Positions 1 to 13,348 of a DNA stretch of 64,000 bases are shown here, one piece after another. Both the position numbers and the translations under genes were made by a program. The stretch spans positions 54,560,001-54,624,000 of the forward strand of contig OZ024750.1 in assembly GCA_964016885.1 (NCBI GenBank). Direction: 5' to 3'. Position 1 is the stretch's first letter. Every line of letters starts with the position of its first letter. Under the pieces are notes generated by a model, which was given only the letters and a program-made list of their open reading frames with translations, searched no databases and had not been told where the DNA came from. Origin of the DNA: Eledone cirrhosa (lineage: Eukaryota).

Positions 1-340
1 GAGCATAGACCGAGATGATTGTCAGTAGTCTCCTACCTACAACTAATCTAAGCTTAATTATTCGATTACTAACTCGAACTACCTCTATTGTCTTATTGAT
101 CCATTTCTCAGCCAGGAAAATGCCTACTCCCCCTAACCCATCATCCTTACCTACCCAGAATAGCTTATAGCTAAGACGCTTGCCTACGACTAGTCTCGCA
201 GAGGCACCCCTCCATCTCACCTCTTGCACGCAGCACACATCCACCTGCCTTCTCTCCAGCATCTCCGCTATTTCAGCAGACCTACCTCTGAGAGTGCCAA
301 CATTAAGTGTTGCAACTCTGAGATGCGACGTCTTCATATT
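1..340 (-). mobile_element. RTE-clade LINE, N-terminal APE endonuclease fragment (runs off window)
   Basis: Minus strand translates to [39 protein letters not shown]...YKLFWVG...GGVGIFLAEKW...IISVYA, homologous to the APE domains at 12031-12800 and 42400-42720. Confidence 0.85.
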
Positions 341-526
341 TTTCTATGCTGTTTTGTTGCTGTGCTGATAAGCTTTTTGGCATTGATACACTGGTTGGAT
401 GCCCTTCCTAACACCAGCGCCACTTTACAGCATGGACTGGGTGCTTTTATTTGTGCCACCAGCACTAGAGAGGATGTCTTACTAGACTCAAGGGCCCTCT
501 CTACCCCTCCATTTTACAGCATGGTC

Positions 527-920
<394 letters not shown>

Positions 921-2563
921 CGGCTGCTGGACCTGATGGATTCCCAGCAGTTCTCCTAAAAATATGTAAGCGGGCCTTAGCAACTCCACTGAAGATGCTC
1001 TTCAGAAGCTCCTTGGCTAGCGGTGTACTACCCAGGGAGCTGAAAGAAGGCACAATATGCCCTATCCATAAAGGAGGTAGTAGAGCGGAGGCCAAGAACT
1101 ATAGGCCAGTCTCCCTGACGTCGCATATCAGTAAGGTCATGGAGCGAGTCGTCAGAAAGAAACTAATCACTTTCCTCGAAGAAAATGACCGCCTGACTAG
1201 CACGCAACATGGCTTCCGCCCAGGAAGAAGCTGCCTTACACAGCTGCTACATCACTACGACTGGGTACTGAGACAACTGCTAGACGGCTCACATGTAGAC
1301 GTGATATATCTTGACTTTGCGAAGGCCTTTGACAAGGTCGACCACGGAATGATATGTCACAAACTACACGGACTCGGCATAACTGGAAAAGTAGGTGAGT
1401 GGCTGCATGGCTTCCTAAGGGACAGAAGCCAGGCAGTCGCAGCAAATGGGGCCCTCTCGAGGGAAACACCGATAACAAGTGGGGTGCCTCAGGGGACAGT
1501 CCTGGGACCACTACTGTTTTTGGTGGCTCTCTCGGACATGCCCTCTGTGGTGCATGCAACAACATCCCTCACTAGCTATGCTGATGACACTAAGGTAGCA
1601 CAGGCAATCAAAAACCCGGCTGACGCTGCCCTCTTACAGCAGGATCTGGATGCCATATACAGATGGGCGGAAGAAAACAACATGCAGTTTAATGCTGGCA
1701 AATTCCAAGCCCTACAATACAAACCTGCAAACACAAACAAAAATATAGCGGAACACAGCTACACAGGACCAGGAGGGACCGATATCCCCGTGTCAAAATC
1801 GATACGAGACCTGGGCATAGACATGAGCGATGATGCATCTTTTTCTTCACACATCATGAAGGTGGCGACAGCATGTAGACGATTCGGTGGCTGGATCTTG
1901 AGGACTTTCCTTACAAGAGATCGAGACACCATGTTGACACTGTGGAGGACTTTTGTCCTAAGCCGCCTGGACTACTGCTCCCAGCTGTGGTCACCCCATA
2001 GTGTCAAACTAACCACAGAGCTTGAGGCAATCCAGCGAAGCTACACCAAGAGGATTGCCAAGATGAGGGAGACAAGCTACTGGGAGAGGCTGAAGGAACT
2101 GAACCTCTACTCCTTGGAGCGAAGACGGGAGAGATACGCAGTGATCTACATGTGGAAAATCCTGGAGGGACTAGCACCAAACTTTGGCATTGGGAGCTGG
2201 ACCAACCGTCGAACAGGACGTCACTGTGTGGTGCCAAAGGTCCCGTCTTCCACATCTAGAATAAGGAGCAGGTATTGCAATAGCCTGGGATTCAAGGGCC
2301 CTCAACTCTTCAACAGGCTGCCGAGGCATCTGCGAGACTTGCATGACGTGGAGGTGGATGTCTTTAAGAAACATCTCGACACCTTGTTATCCAGGATCCC
2401 GGATGAGCCCACAGCAAGACACGAGGGAAACCTAAGGGCAGCAGCAACAAACTCCCTCCTACACCAGTGGCCAACCTATACAGGCTGGAGATAAAATGTG
2501 TAGCAACAAGGGCGGTGCCCCAGCATGGTCTCAGCCGGATGGCTGAAACAGGTAAAAGAGTAT

Positions 2564-2594
<31 letters not shown>

Positions 2595-2599
2595 TACAG

Positions 2600-3154
2600 A
2601 TAATTTAATATATCTAGTAACATAAGCGCAGAGATGTACGCCAATGCCAGCAAATACACAGGTTATGTCATAGTACCTAGGTGGTTCAATGCAGGAGGAT
2701 GCAGAACAATAATATAAAAGACGTAAAATAAGAAAATAAAAAAAAAATTTTTTTTTAAATTAACTTACTTAAATTTTCACTCCAACTAATTAGTTTCTGC
2801 AAAGGGATAAAGACAGTTATGTAATGAACTGTTGAGAATTTCATTGTGTCATCAGGGAGGTCTATTCTCAGCCAAGTCTCCAGGCAATGCGCGGACACTG
2901 GGGACTCGTATAAAAATAATAATAATTCGGTAAATGGAACAGCTATCGAGGACTGGATTCCAAGCACTGAAAATTCTCGCTGCCACTGGTCAAATGGCCG
3001 ATTCTAAAGAATCAATCACGTGACACTGAGGCTAGTCGGTAGTTCATTACGTAACTGTCTTTATCCCATTGCAGAAACTAATTAGTTGGAGTGAAAATTT
3101 AAGTAAGTTAATTTTTTTAAATTTTTTTTTAAAATTTTCTTATTTTACGTCTTT

Positions 3155-3155
<1 letters not shown>
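2600..3155 (-). mobile_element. Non-coding HHR-bearing element (family A) with an inverted terminal segment
   Basis: About 2712-2830 and 3041-3155 are reverse complements; homologous to 54251-55370; flanked by (TA)n. Confidence 0.75.
2780..2859 (-). ncRNA. Type I hammerhead ribozyme motif, extended stem II
   Basis: Minus strand: cucc CUGAUGA cacaaug...cuuugca GAAA cuaauuag UU ggag. Stem I cucc/ggag, palindromic stem III, GUU triplet; stem II is imperfect in this copy. Confidence 0.65.
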
Positions 3156-3185
<30 letters not shown>

Positions 3186-3186
3186 T

Positions 3187-3255
<69 letters not shown>

Positions 3256-3259
3256 TTGC

Positions 3260-3311
<52 letters not shown>

Positions 3312-3318
3312 TTGCATA

Positions 3319-3373
<55 letters not shown>

Positions 3374-3430
3374 TTGCATATATATATACATATATATATA
3401 TATATTTGCATATATATATATATATTTGCA

Positions 3431-3465
<35 letters not shown>

Positions 3466-3490
3466 TTGCATATATATATATATATTTGCA

Positions 3491-3529
<39 letters not shown>

Positions 3530-3551
3530 GCATATATATATATATATATGC

Positions 3552-3613
<62 letters not shown>

Positions 3614-3618
3614 TTGCA

Positions 3619-3659
<41 letters not shown>

Positions 3660-3681
3660 GCATATATATATATATATATGC

Positions 3682-3717
<36 letters not shown>

Positions 3718-3777
3718 GCATATATATATATATATGCATATATATATATATATGCATATATATATATATATATATGC

Positions 3778-3819
<42 letters not shown>

Positions 3820-3820
3820 T

Positions 3821-3891
<71 letters not shown>

Positions 3892-3893
3892 GC

Positions 3894-3929
<36 letters not shown>

Positions 3930-3972
3930 GCATATATATATATATATATATATGCATATATATATATATATA

Positions 3973-4052
<80 letters not shown>

Positions 4053-4070
4053 TATATATATATATATATA

Positions 4071-4148
<78 letters not shown>

Positions 4149-4150
4149 TA
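3156..4150. repeat. About 1-kb (TA)n array with periodic TGC/TAC interruptions
   Basis: Seen directly; source of the spurious YIYI ORFs. Confidence 0.97.
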
Positions 4151-4207
4151 TGTTGATTTAAAACTGCACTATCCACAAGTGTTTTTAACCTTCATATCAT
4201 GTCCTCC

Positions 4208-4278
4208 TATTTTATCTGATGAAAACACAAATGTTATTGCATGATGATATTTGTTTTTGAAATGCGCATAATAAAATA
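4208..4278 (+). ncRNA. Type I hammerhead ribozyme motif in a ~160-nt insert within (TA)n
   Basis: uauuuuau CUGAUGA [aaacacaaauguuauu gcau gaugauauuuguuuuu] GAAA ugcgca UA auaaaaua. Perfect 8-bp stem I, long stem II, palindromic stem III. Confidence 0.8.
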
Positions 4279-4353
4279 TATGGAACTCATTTAACCTTCT
4301 GTTGATCTTATATATATATATACATATATATATATATACATATATATATACAT

Positions 4354-4990
4354 AAGTAAAAATTATCGAGAATCGAATTTCAGCTCAGGAATTAATGAGA
4401 ATCACTTCCGAGTTGTGTGGCAAGCGCTCGATAATTCATATGAATTAGAGCTTACAACTTACGTTAAAGGCCAAACACACTGAGATGGTGGTTAAACTAA
4501 TCATCCACACAGCGAAAATTCGATCGCCTATTTCGGGTCAAACAGATATACGGATATAAAAATATAAATTGTTGAAAGCTTACCCGGACCCCTGGAAAGA
4601 TGGTAAAGCCCAGTATTTGGATTTCTGGGGCTCCATAAGTCATTTACTGTCCACTTACATAAAGGATGTTAGGTTTCTGGTATCATGACTGAACTGGGAG
4701 TACGCGTTATCAACGGGATTCAGTTCGAAAGACCACATAAATGTGTCTGTAACTGACCCCACGTGGGGTTCAGCAAGGGAGGCAACACCTATATTAGGCG
4801 AATGAATTCAGTTGTGTATAATATTGCGAAAATGCAAAATATCACAAATCGAATAAAGCTCTCGACAGAGTGGTTAAATATAACAAAGCTATTCAGCAGT
4901 CAATAGAATAGAGCAAAAACAATCAATAAAATTAACTGGCCAATAGCTGGACTCTGGAGATTAATACAAGTAAAAATTAGCGAGAATCGA

Positions 4991-4996
<6 letters not shown>
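4354..4996. mobile_element. Terminally redundant, hairpin-rich ~614-nt non-coding element in (TA)n
   Basis: AAGTAAAAATTA(T/G)CGAGAATCGAATTTCA at 4354-4382 and 4968-4996; many internal hairpins. Confidence 0.6.
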
Positions 4997-5068
<72 letters not shown>

Positions 5069-5069
5069 G

Positions 5070-5927
5070 CGGCGTAGAACTGTAAAACTAGAAACGTAGT
5101 CTATAGCATAAGATGTACAGAGGGTACTTGCAGAAACATGACAACAACATACATAGGTGAGACAGCTCGTAGCATAGGTGAAAGGATAGACCAACACTGG
5201 GGGGAACTAAAAGGACGAAAAAACGGGTCAGTACTATACGAACATGCTAGACAACAACATGACGGTAACATAGACAACATAGAAATTAGAATAATATCTA
5301 AACATAGAAATGACCCAGCAGATAGGCAAATCAGAGAGGCCAGTGAAATAGAAATTAGAAGACCAAAGCTAAACAGAAAGAATGAGTGGAATACCAACAA
5401 CACCCAAACAAACAACACTGACCTAAGAGAAGTATAAATAAGTAAATAAAATAAGATAAATAAATACATACACAAGCACATAAACACACACTAGTCACCC
5501 AGCAAACACAACACTATACACACTAGTCACACAGCAAACAACACTATACACACACGCAAACGCATGCGCAAAGAAGACAAAATAAAATAAACAAACAAGC
5601 AAATAAATTAATAAATATATAGACAGACTGAATAAAAAATGGCGTAGACATACAACACAACAGGAGGAAAATATAACACCACTGACAATGTTGCAGATGT
5701 GCAACGAAAGATTTATGTAAATTATGTAAACTATATATATGTGTTTATGTCTATATTGTATCTGTGTTATTTTTGACCGTCTGTGAGTCAATGGCAACAT
5801 TGAGGACCGAGTAATCTAGATTACAGATATAAAAGACAGCGAGAAGCGAAAACCAACCAAACAGTGAGTGTGTTCTGTTATTAATTCTGGCAATATTACA
5901 CAAATACGACCCTCCCCAAGTATAACA

Positions 5928-5930
<3 letters not shown>
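5070..5930 (+). mobile_element. Penelope-like element 3' fragment (GIY-YIG endonuclease plus pseudo-LTR)
   Basis: CKTRNVVYSIRC...YIGETARSIGERIDQH...SVLYEHA...RQIREASEI..RPKLN; paralogous to 18439-19340; decayed HHR (CUGACAA..GAAA) near 5677-5720. Confidence 0.85.
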
Positions 5931-5990
<60 letters not shown>

Positions 5991-6545
5991 TCATCATCAT
6001 CATCATCACCGTTTTACGTCCGTTCTTCCACGCTAGCATGGGTTAGACGGGTTGTCCTGTTGTGGGCAGTGTCTGGTCGGCTGACCATGCCTTGCTCATA
6101 CAGGAACTGATCTGGCTTGATTTCTACAGCTGGATGCCCTTCCTAACACCAACCTCATTTACAGTGAGTGCTGGGTGCTTTTTCGTGGCGCCTACACGTC
6201 CACTTTACAGTGTGGGCTGGGTGCTTTTTTGCCGTGGCACCTCCACGACCACCTTGCGGTAGGGGGAGTGGGGGCATATTGTTTATATGCTTCAGCATGT
6301 ACCCATGGGAGGTCGGGTACCCTGTATTACTGCGTGACGCCAGAAGTCACGGTCTTGTGTCATTGTCTTTGAGAGGTGTAGTTGGGTAAGGTCGGCTTTT
6401 ATCACCTCATCCCAAGTCATCTTGGGTCTCCCCACTCCGCGGTTTCCATCAACTTCTAGTGCTCTGCACCTTTTTATGCAGCTGTCATCCTTCATACGCA
6501 TCACATGTCCATACCAGCGTAACCGCCTCCCCTGCACGCAGCATT
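5991..6545 (-). mobile_element. RTE LINE 3' fragment (subfamily B)
   Basis: [12 protein letters not shown]...GRPKMTW C-terminus, 3' UTR and (GAT)n tail; near-identical copy at 45423-45903. Confidence 0.9.
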
Positions 6546-6593
<48 letters not shown>

Positions 6594-6654
6594 TATATAT
6601 ACATATATATATACACATATATATATATATATATATACATATATATATACATAT

Positions 6655-7333
6655 AAGTATGTATGTATACGTACATACATATATGTATACAGACGTACAG
6701 TAGCATGCATATATATATATATATATACATATATACATACAGGCACACATATATATATGCATGCTACTGTACGTCTGTATACATATATGTATGTACGTAT
6801 ACATACATACTTACATTTAAGTAAGTGCCGTACTAAGAGTGAGAAATGAAATTTCGTTTCATTCTATTCCATTTATCGTTTTCGGTGCGCCTGACCGACT
6901 GAACTCACACGATATGCAAATTAGGCTGCTCAGCCGTTAATTTTCATAAGGAAAGTATATACTTTCGAACGTTCAACCATCTGGCAGAAGGGTATACGGT
7001 GCTGACGATAGCTAACAAGCTTGAAACTAGTACATCGTTCCTGTGTCAGTGTTGAATAAAATGGTGACGTGGTTGCCTTAACACCGTACGGCATAAATCA
7101 GGCTGTCCGTTTGTTTACAAACGAACAAAGCGAACATTATAATAAATGTTCGCTAAACTGATACGTGCATATATATATGTGTGCCTGTATGTATATATGT
7201 ATATATATATATATATATGCATGCTACTGTACGTCTGTATACATATATGTATGTACGTATACATACATACTTACATTTAAGTAAGTGCCGTACTAAGAGT
7301 GAGAAATGAAATTTTGTTGCATTCTATTCCATT

Positions 7334-7336
<3 letters not shown>
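6655..7336 (+). mobile_element. Non-coding HHR-bearing element (family B): 460-nt monomer, ~120-nt terminal direct repeat, inverted 5' segment
   Basis: GTAAGTGCCG at 6821 and 7281 (460 nt apart); about 6655-6760 is the reverse complement of about 7167-7272; homologue at 19482-19998. Confidence 0.8.
6997..7037 (+). ncRNA. Minimal type I hammerhead ribozyme
   Basis: cggug CUGACGA uagcu aaca agcuu GAAA cuag UA caucg. Palindromic ACUAGU stem III, GUA triplet. Confidence 0.8.
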
Positions 7337-7940
<604 letters not shown>

Positions 7941-7943
<3 letters not shown>

Positions 7944-8715
7944 CGAACTAAGGAAAAAATTAGAAATAAGAAGGATCAGATGTTGTTTACTCGAGAGAAG
8001 GCTACGTTGGTATGGTCACGTGATGTGCATGAAAGACGACAGCTGTATAACAATGTGCAAGGCAATAAAGATAGATGGTAGCCACGGAGTAGGCAGACCC
8101 AGAAAAACCTGGGACGAGCTGATAAATTCCGACCTCACACTCTTACACCTCTCCAAGACAATGTCACTGGACCGAGACCTTTGGCGGTACTCAGTAATAG
8201 AGAAGACCCGCCTTACCTAAATACAAAGTAAAACCTACTACAGTCAGTAGGCATCTCTAACAAAATACACCCCCGTCCCACCACCCCCACCCCATCCACA
8301 CCGCCCCTTTCAATGTAAAGTTATGTTGGTGCCACAACATCCAGGCCGAAACAAATGAGATCGTGTAGGTGTCAACAAAAAAAACACACAGTCCACGCTG
8401 TAATGTGGCCGTGTAGGCAACACGGTAAAAACCTCCCAGCCCCACACTGTAAATGTGGTTGGTGTTAGGAAGGGCATCCAGCTGTAGAAAACCCGCCAGA
8501 CAGTCCACGCTGTAATGTGGCCGTGTAGGCAACACGGTAAAAACCTCCCAGCCCCACACTGTAAATGTGGTTGGTGTTAGGAAGGGCATCCAGCTGTAGA
8601 AAACCTGCCAGACAGTCCTATGCGAGCAAGACAATCACTTTTGCATCAAGTGGGAAAACCCCCGTCCAAACCCATGCAAGCGTGGAACACGGACGTTAAA
8701 CGATGATGATGATGA
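7941..8715 (+). mobile_element. RTE LINE 3' fragment (subfamily A) with a ~112-bp tandem duplication in the 3' UTR
   Basis: [26 protein letters not shown]...; tail GGACGTTAAACGATGATGATG; duplicated unit bounded by ACAGTCC (about 8388-8620). Confidence 0.9.
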
Positions 8716-8730
8716 TATATATATATATAT

Positions 8731-8877
8731 ATTTCGTTTCTGAATTTGTTTAGCAAGATTCTTTATCTGAAAACGTGTGTTGAAACCGATATTGTTATAC
8801 TTTGGGAGGGTCATGTTGCCAATAAGAAACACACGCACCAGTTGCTTTCACTTCAATTTATTATAATAAATTTATAA
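8731..8877 (-). mobile_element. Short 3' tail fragment of the PLE family at 14033-19340
   Basis: Near-identical to 14033-14180 and ends at the same nucleotide (...CAGAAACGAAAT). Confidence 0.85.
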
Positions 8878-9399
8878 ACACATATATATATATATATATA
8901 CATATATGGTGGCTGCCAACTCGTTTTCGAGTACGGCCACTACTTTATATCCATGTAGGAGAACCCCTACCGATGCGCTGAACGAATGTGACTTTTTAGT
9001 CCAGCCAGCGACTTGAAAACTCTGGGACAAAGACTACACTTGTGACCATTATTGACACATAGTGCAGGGCCCATGGTACCATGTGATGACAAGTGCAGAG
9101 AGATCTCCAGATATAAAGCAATGCCTGTGCTGTGAAGCTTTTATAGTGACCAAAGGCACTGCACAAAGCCAGTCCCACTCTCTTAACCAAGATGATATTT
9201 ACCAAAAAGAAGAACAAGTCAACATCATTGGATACCATCAGGGTTGCAGGTGTTATATCAGAGTTTTCCTTCTAGAATTCTGCCTTGACAAAGGCTAAGG
9301 GGTCATCTCTCCCGGTGATTTTGGATGGCTATGATATATATATTCATTCATTTCATTTCATTTCATTTCATTTTACGTCCGCTTTTCCCTGCTTGCAAG

Positions 9400-9430
<31 letters not shown>

Positions 9431-9436
9431 CATATA

Positions 9437-12400
9437 TCATCATCATCATCATCATCATTTAACGTCCCTGTTCCACGCTTGCATGGGTTTGGACGGGGGT
9501 TTTCCCACTTGAGGCAAGAGTGGTTGTCTTGCTCGCATAGGACTGTCTGGCGGGTTTTCTACAGCTGGATGCCCTTCCTAACACCAACCACATTTACAGT
9601 GTGGGGCTGGGAGGTTTTTACCGTGTTGCCTACACGGCCACATTACAGCGTGGACTGTGTGTTTTTTGTCGTGACGCCTACACGATCTCATTTGTTTCGG
9701 CCTGGATGTTGTGGCACCAACATAACTTTGCATTGAATGGGGTGGGACGGGGGTGTATTTTGTTAGAGATGCTTACTGACTAGTAGGTTTTACTTTGTAT
9801 TTAGGTAAGGCGGGTCTTCTCTGTTACTGAGTACTGCCAAAGGTCTCGGTCCAGTGACATTGTCTTGGAGAGGTGTAAGTGTGTGAGGTCGGAATTTATC
9901 AGCTCGTCCCAGGTTTTCCTGGGTATGCCTACTCCGTGGCTACCATCTATCTTTATTGCCCTGCACTTTGTTATACAGCTGTCGTCTTTCATGCGCATCA
10001 CGTGACCATACCAACGTAGGCTTCTCTCGAGTAAACAACATCTGATCCCTCTTATTTCTAATTTTTTCCTTAGTTCGTTTATGCTTTGCCGTTCACGTAT
10101 ATTACTATTACACATCCAGCGGAGCATGCAAGCTTCGTTCCTCTCTAGTCTGCGTATATCCTCTGCACACAATGCCCAGCTCTCACTGCCATGCAACATT
10201 GGTGTTCGTATGCAGGCATCATACAACCTGCCTTTCATTTTTAGGGAGAACCCTTTAGCGGCTAATAGTGGTATAAGCTCTCTGAACTTTTTCCATCCAG
10301 TTCTGACTCTAGCTACTGTACTTTCAGAGCACCCTCCCTCACTGCTGATTTTGTCACCCAGGTAACGGAAGCTGTCCACTATTTCTATAGAACCCTCTGC
10401 GCAATTGAAAGAGTTAGTATTTTTGTGAGCACTTGCTGCTACTTATTGCACCAGAGCACCGGCCACATGTAAAATCTGTGTTCTTAGTTAGCTTACCTGT
10501 GATCCCACTACATCTTTTATGCACCCATACTTTGCATTTGGGACATAAAATGGAGTTTCTACCTACGCCTTTCCTACACACTGAGCATGGCCATTTCCCG
10601 GAGGGGACCGGCGCCTTATTTTCTTTCCTACAAACTAGAACTTTAGTCTTAGCCAGGTTAATTTTAAGGCCTTTTGATTCTAGGCCGTGCTTCCATGTTT
10701 GGAATTTCTTCTCTAGCTCGGCCATTGATTCAGCTATGAGCGTTAGATCATCTGCGTATAGGAGTTCCCATGGGCAGCCGGTCTTGAACTCCTCTGTTAT
10801 AGCCTGAAGGGCAATAATAAATAGTAGGGGGCTAAGAACAGAGCCCTGATGGACACCAACTTTTACGCTAAACTCTTCACTATATTCGTTGTTAATTCTA
10901 ACCTTGCTGACTGTTTCTTTATACATGGCTTGTATGGCTCTCACAAGCCATTCGTCAACACCTAGTTTTCTAAGAGCCCACCAGATAATGGAACCCACCA
11001 GATAATGGAACGGGGGACTCTGTCGAAGGCTTTCTCCAAGTCGACAAAAGCTAAGTATAGGGGTTTACTTTTAGCTAGGTACTTCTGTAGTTGTCGTACA
11101 ATGAAAAGAGCGTCTGTGGTACTTTTTCCTGACACAAACCCGAACTGCATTTCATCTAGATCAATTCTCTCTCCGATTAGTTGTGCTATTACTTTTTCCG
11201 TGACCTTCATGACCTGGTCGATTAATTTAATACCTCTATAGTTACTCCTATCTAGGGCGTCTCCTTTAGCCTTGTAACAGTTAACGATGATGCTGCTACG
11301 CCAGTCCTTCGGAACAACCCCATTCTGTATGACTTGGTTTACTATCCGGGTGACCATGGTGTGTCCCACCGTACCGGAGGCTTTCAGCATCTCAGCAACT
11401 ATTTCCGAAGGCCCAGCCGCCTTACCCGTCTTCATATCTTTGATTGCCTTACTTATTATACTACCTTCGACTAACACTGCTGGTCCCTCTATTGGGTCGA
11501 TGTGGGGGAGACTGTCTTTCTCCCATTTATTCTCATTTAGTAGCCTTTCGTAGTGACACTTCCAAGCTACCTTCTTATCAGCATAAGTGATGGCAAGTAC
11601 GCCATCATCGTTAAGTACACACTTCTCCCCGACAATATCACGGTTTTCCTTGACACATTGCCTAGCAATCCTAAACACCTCACGTTTTTGGTCCTCGCGT
11701 TGTAGAACATACTTGAACTTTCTTTCATCTGCTTCCCTTCTTGCGAAGTACACTTGTCTCCTAGCTTCCCTCCTGGCCACTTGATAGTCTTCTCTACTTC
11801 TCCCATCCCGCCATGCTTTCCAAGCCTGCTTTTTGGCCTTGATTGATCCCTCCACCTTACTGTTCCACCACCATGTTACTCTCCTCCTGCCTACAGGCCT
11901 GCTCCAGCCACAGACTTCGTCTGCCGCCATCAGCAGGTTTGCTTTCAGGAATTCCTACTGTTCCTCTACCTTGTACGACTCTAATTGCTCTTCCTTACTG
12001 TCGAAAGCATCAAGTAATATGCTTTGAAATTTATTTCTGGGCTGCGGGATCCTTTAGCTTCCATATTTTTCTCCTGAGGATAGTCCTCTTCTGCTGTCTA
12101 GTACGTCTCGTCCTGACTATGAGGTCGCTAATTATCAGTCTATGTTGGGAGGTGCATTCTTCATGGGGGAGGGATTTAGTGTTTACAACAGACACTCTGT
12201 CACGTCTTCTGGTAAGGATATAATCTACCTGGCTGGTATGTTCTCCTGATCTGTAGGTGATCAAGTGATTGTCTCGCTTTTTGAAGTTAGTGTTACAGAT
12301 AGTTAGGTTGTTTGCATCACAGAATTCCAGGATTCTGGAGCCTTCCTCGTTTCTAGTACCAAACCAATAGCCTCCGTGGATTCCGTCATAGCCGTCACAA

Positions 12401-13200
12401 TGTTGTCCAATGTGACCATTTAGGTCGCCAGCAATAATTATATAGTCACTGTCGGTTATTTGGGAGGTAGTGAGCATCAGTGTCTCATAGAATCTGTCTT
12501 TTATAGCGCCAGGCAGTCCGGATTGGGGCGCGTATGCAGATATTACTGTCACAGTAGTTCTGTTTAGAACAAGTCTTATTTTAATTATTCTGTCATTCAC
12601 TCTATTTACATCTATTATCTTATCCACCCATTTTTCTGCTAACATGATTCCCACCCCACCTATCCCATTGTTATTCCCCACCCAGAAAAGCTTATAGCAA
12701 CGTTTTTTACCCACAATGAATCTAGCAGACCATCAACCTCCTTACGTTCAAGCATTTCTACAACCTCGTTAGAGCGGACTTTTAAGGTGCCTACGTTCAT
12801 GGTACCAACTCTGAAGTTTTGGATTGTGTTTGGAGGATGGGGCGCAGGGAGGGGTGAGGGGAATGAGTTTGGGGTTATGTTGGCCATCCGCGGCCGAAAC
12901 AAAGAGGGGGGGGCTTGCCCCTTCGTCCGGCAGCATGAGGTGAATTTGTCGTTATCTTTGGCATTGTCATTGAGTGTCCAGATTCTTCAGACTCTCCAGA
13001 AATTCCTTAGTCCATCCATCATATCGAAAAGTACCCAGTCGTGATAGCATAGGCCGTTGACTTGTGATTGGTCCAAATAGTAAAGGTGGTGAGTGGGGGC
13101 AGGAGGGAGGGATATGGGGTAGTTAGCAATGAGGGAGATTATTTAGAACCAGCGTGGAGAAGATTAATTTAAAGCAAGGATAGCAACGATTGTAGATATA
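9437..13200 (-). mobile_element. Near full-length RTE LINE (APE-RT with PHD-like finger), frameshifted
   Basis: APE (NVGTLK, AYAPQSG, AGDLNGH, VDYIL, SQHRLI), RT (KAAGPS, QFGFVSG, FVDLEKAFDRV, GVHQGSVLSP, YADD), RLRWYGHV; (GAT)n tail at about 9437-9457; a short duplication at about 10978-11010 and other indels break the frame. Confidence 0.93.
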
Positions 13201-13272
13201 TATGGATGAATGAACGAGGTTTTAAGGAGACAAGAAGAAAATGTTCTATAATACATATATATATATATACAC

Positions 13273-13342
<70 letters not shown>

Positions 13343-13348
<6 letters not shown>

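Noticed and set aside
3069-4244. Long YIYI-rich ORFs here and at 514-845, 7277-8081 and 13778-14176
   Set aside because: Translations of (TA)n microsatellites, which lack stop codons; not genes.
8905-9335. Possible 5' UTR of another RTE-type LINE (minus strand GAAGGAAAACTCTGAT), similar in style to about 26500-26790; possible HDV-like ribozyme
   Set aside because: Resemblance is from recall only, and I could not build the nested double pseudoknot by eye.
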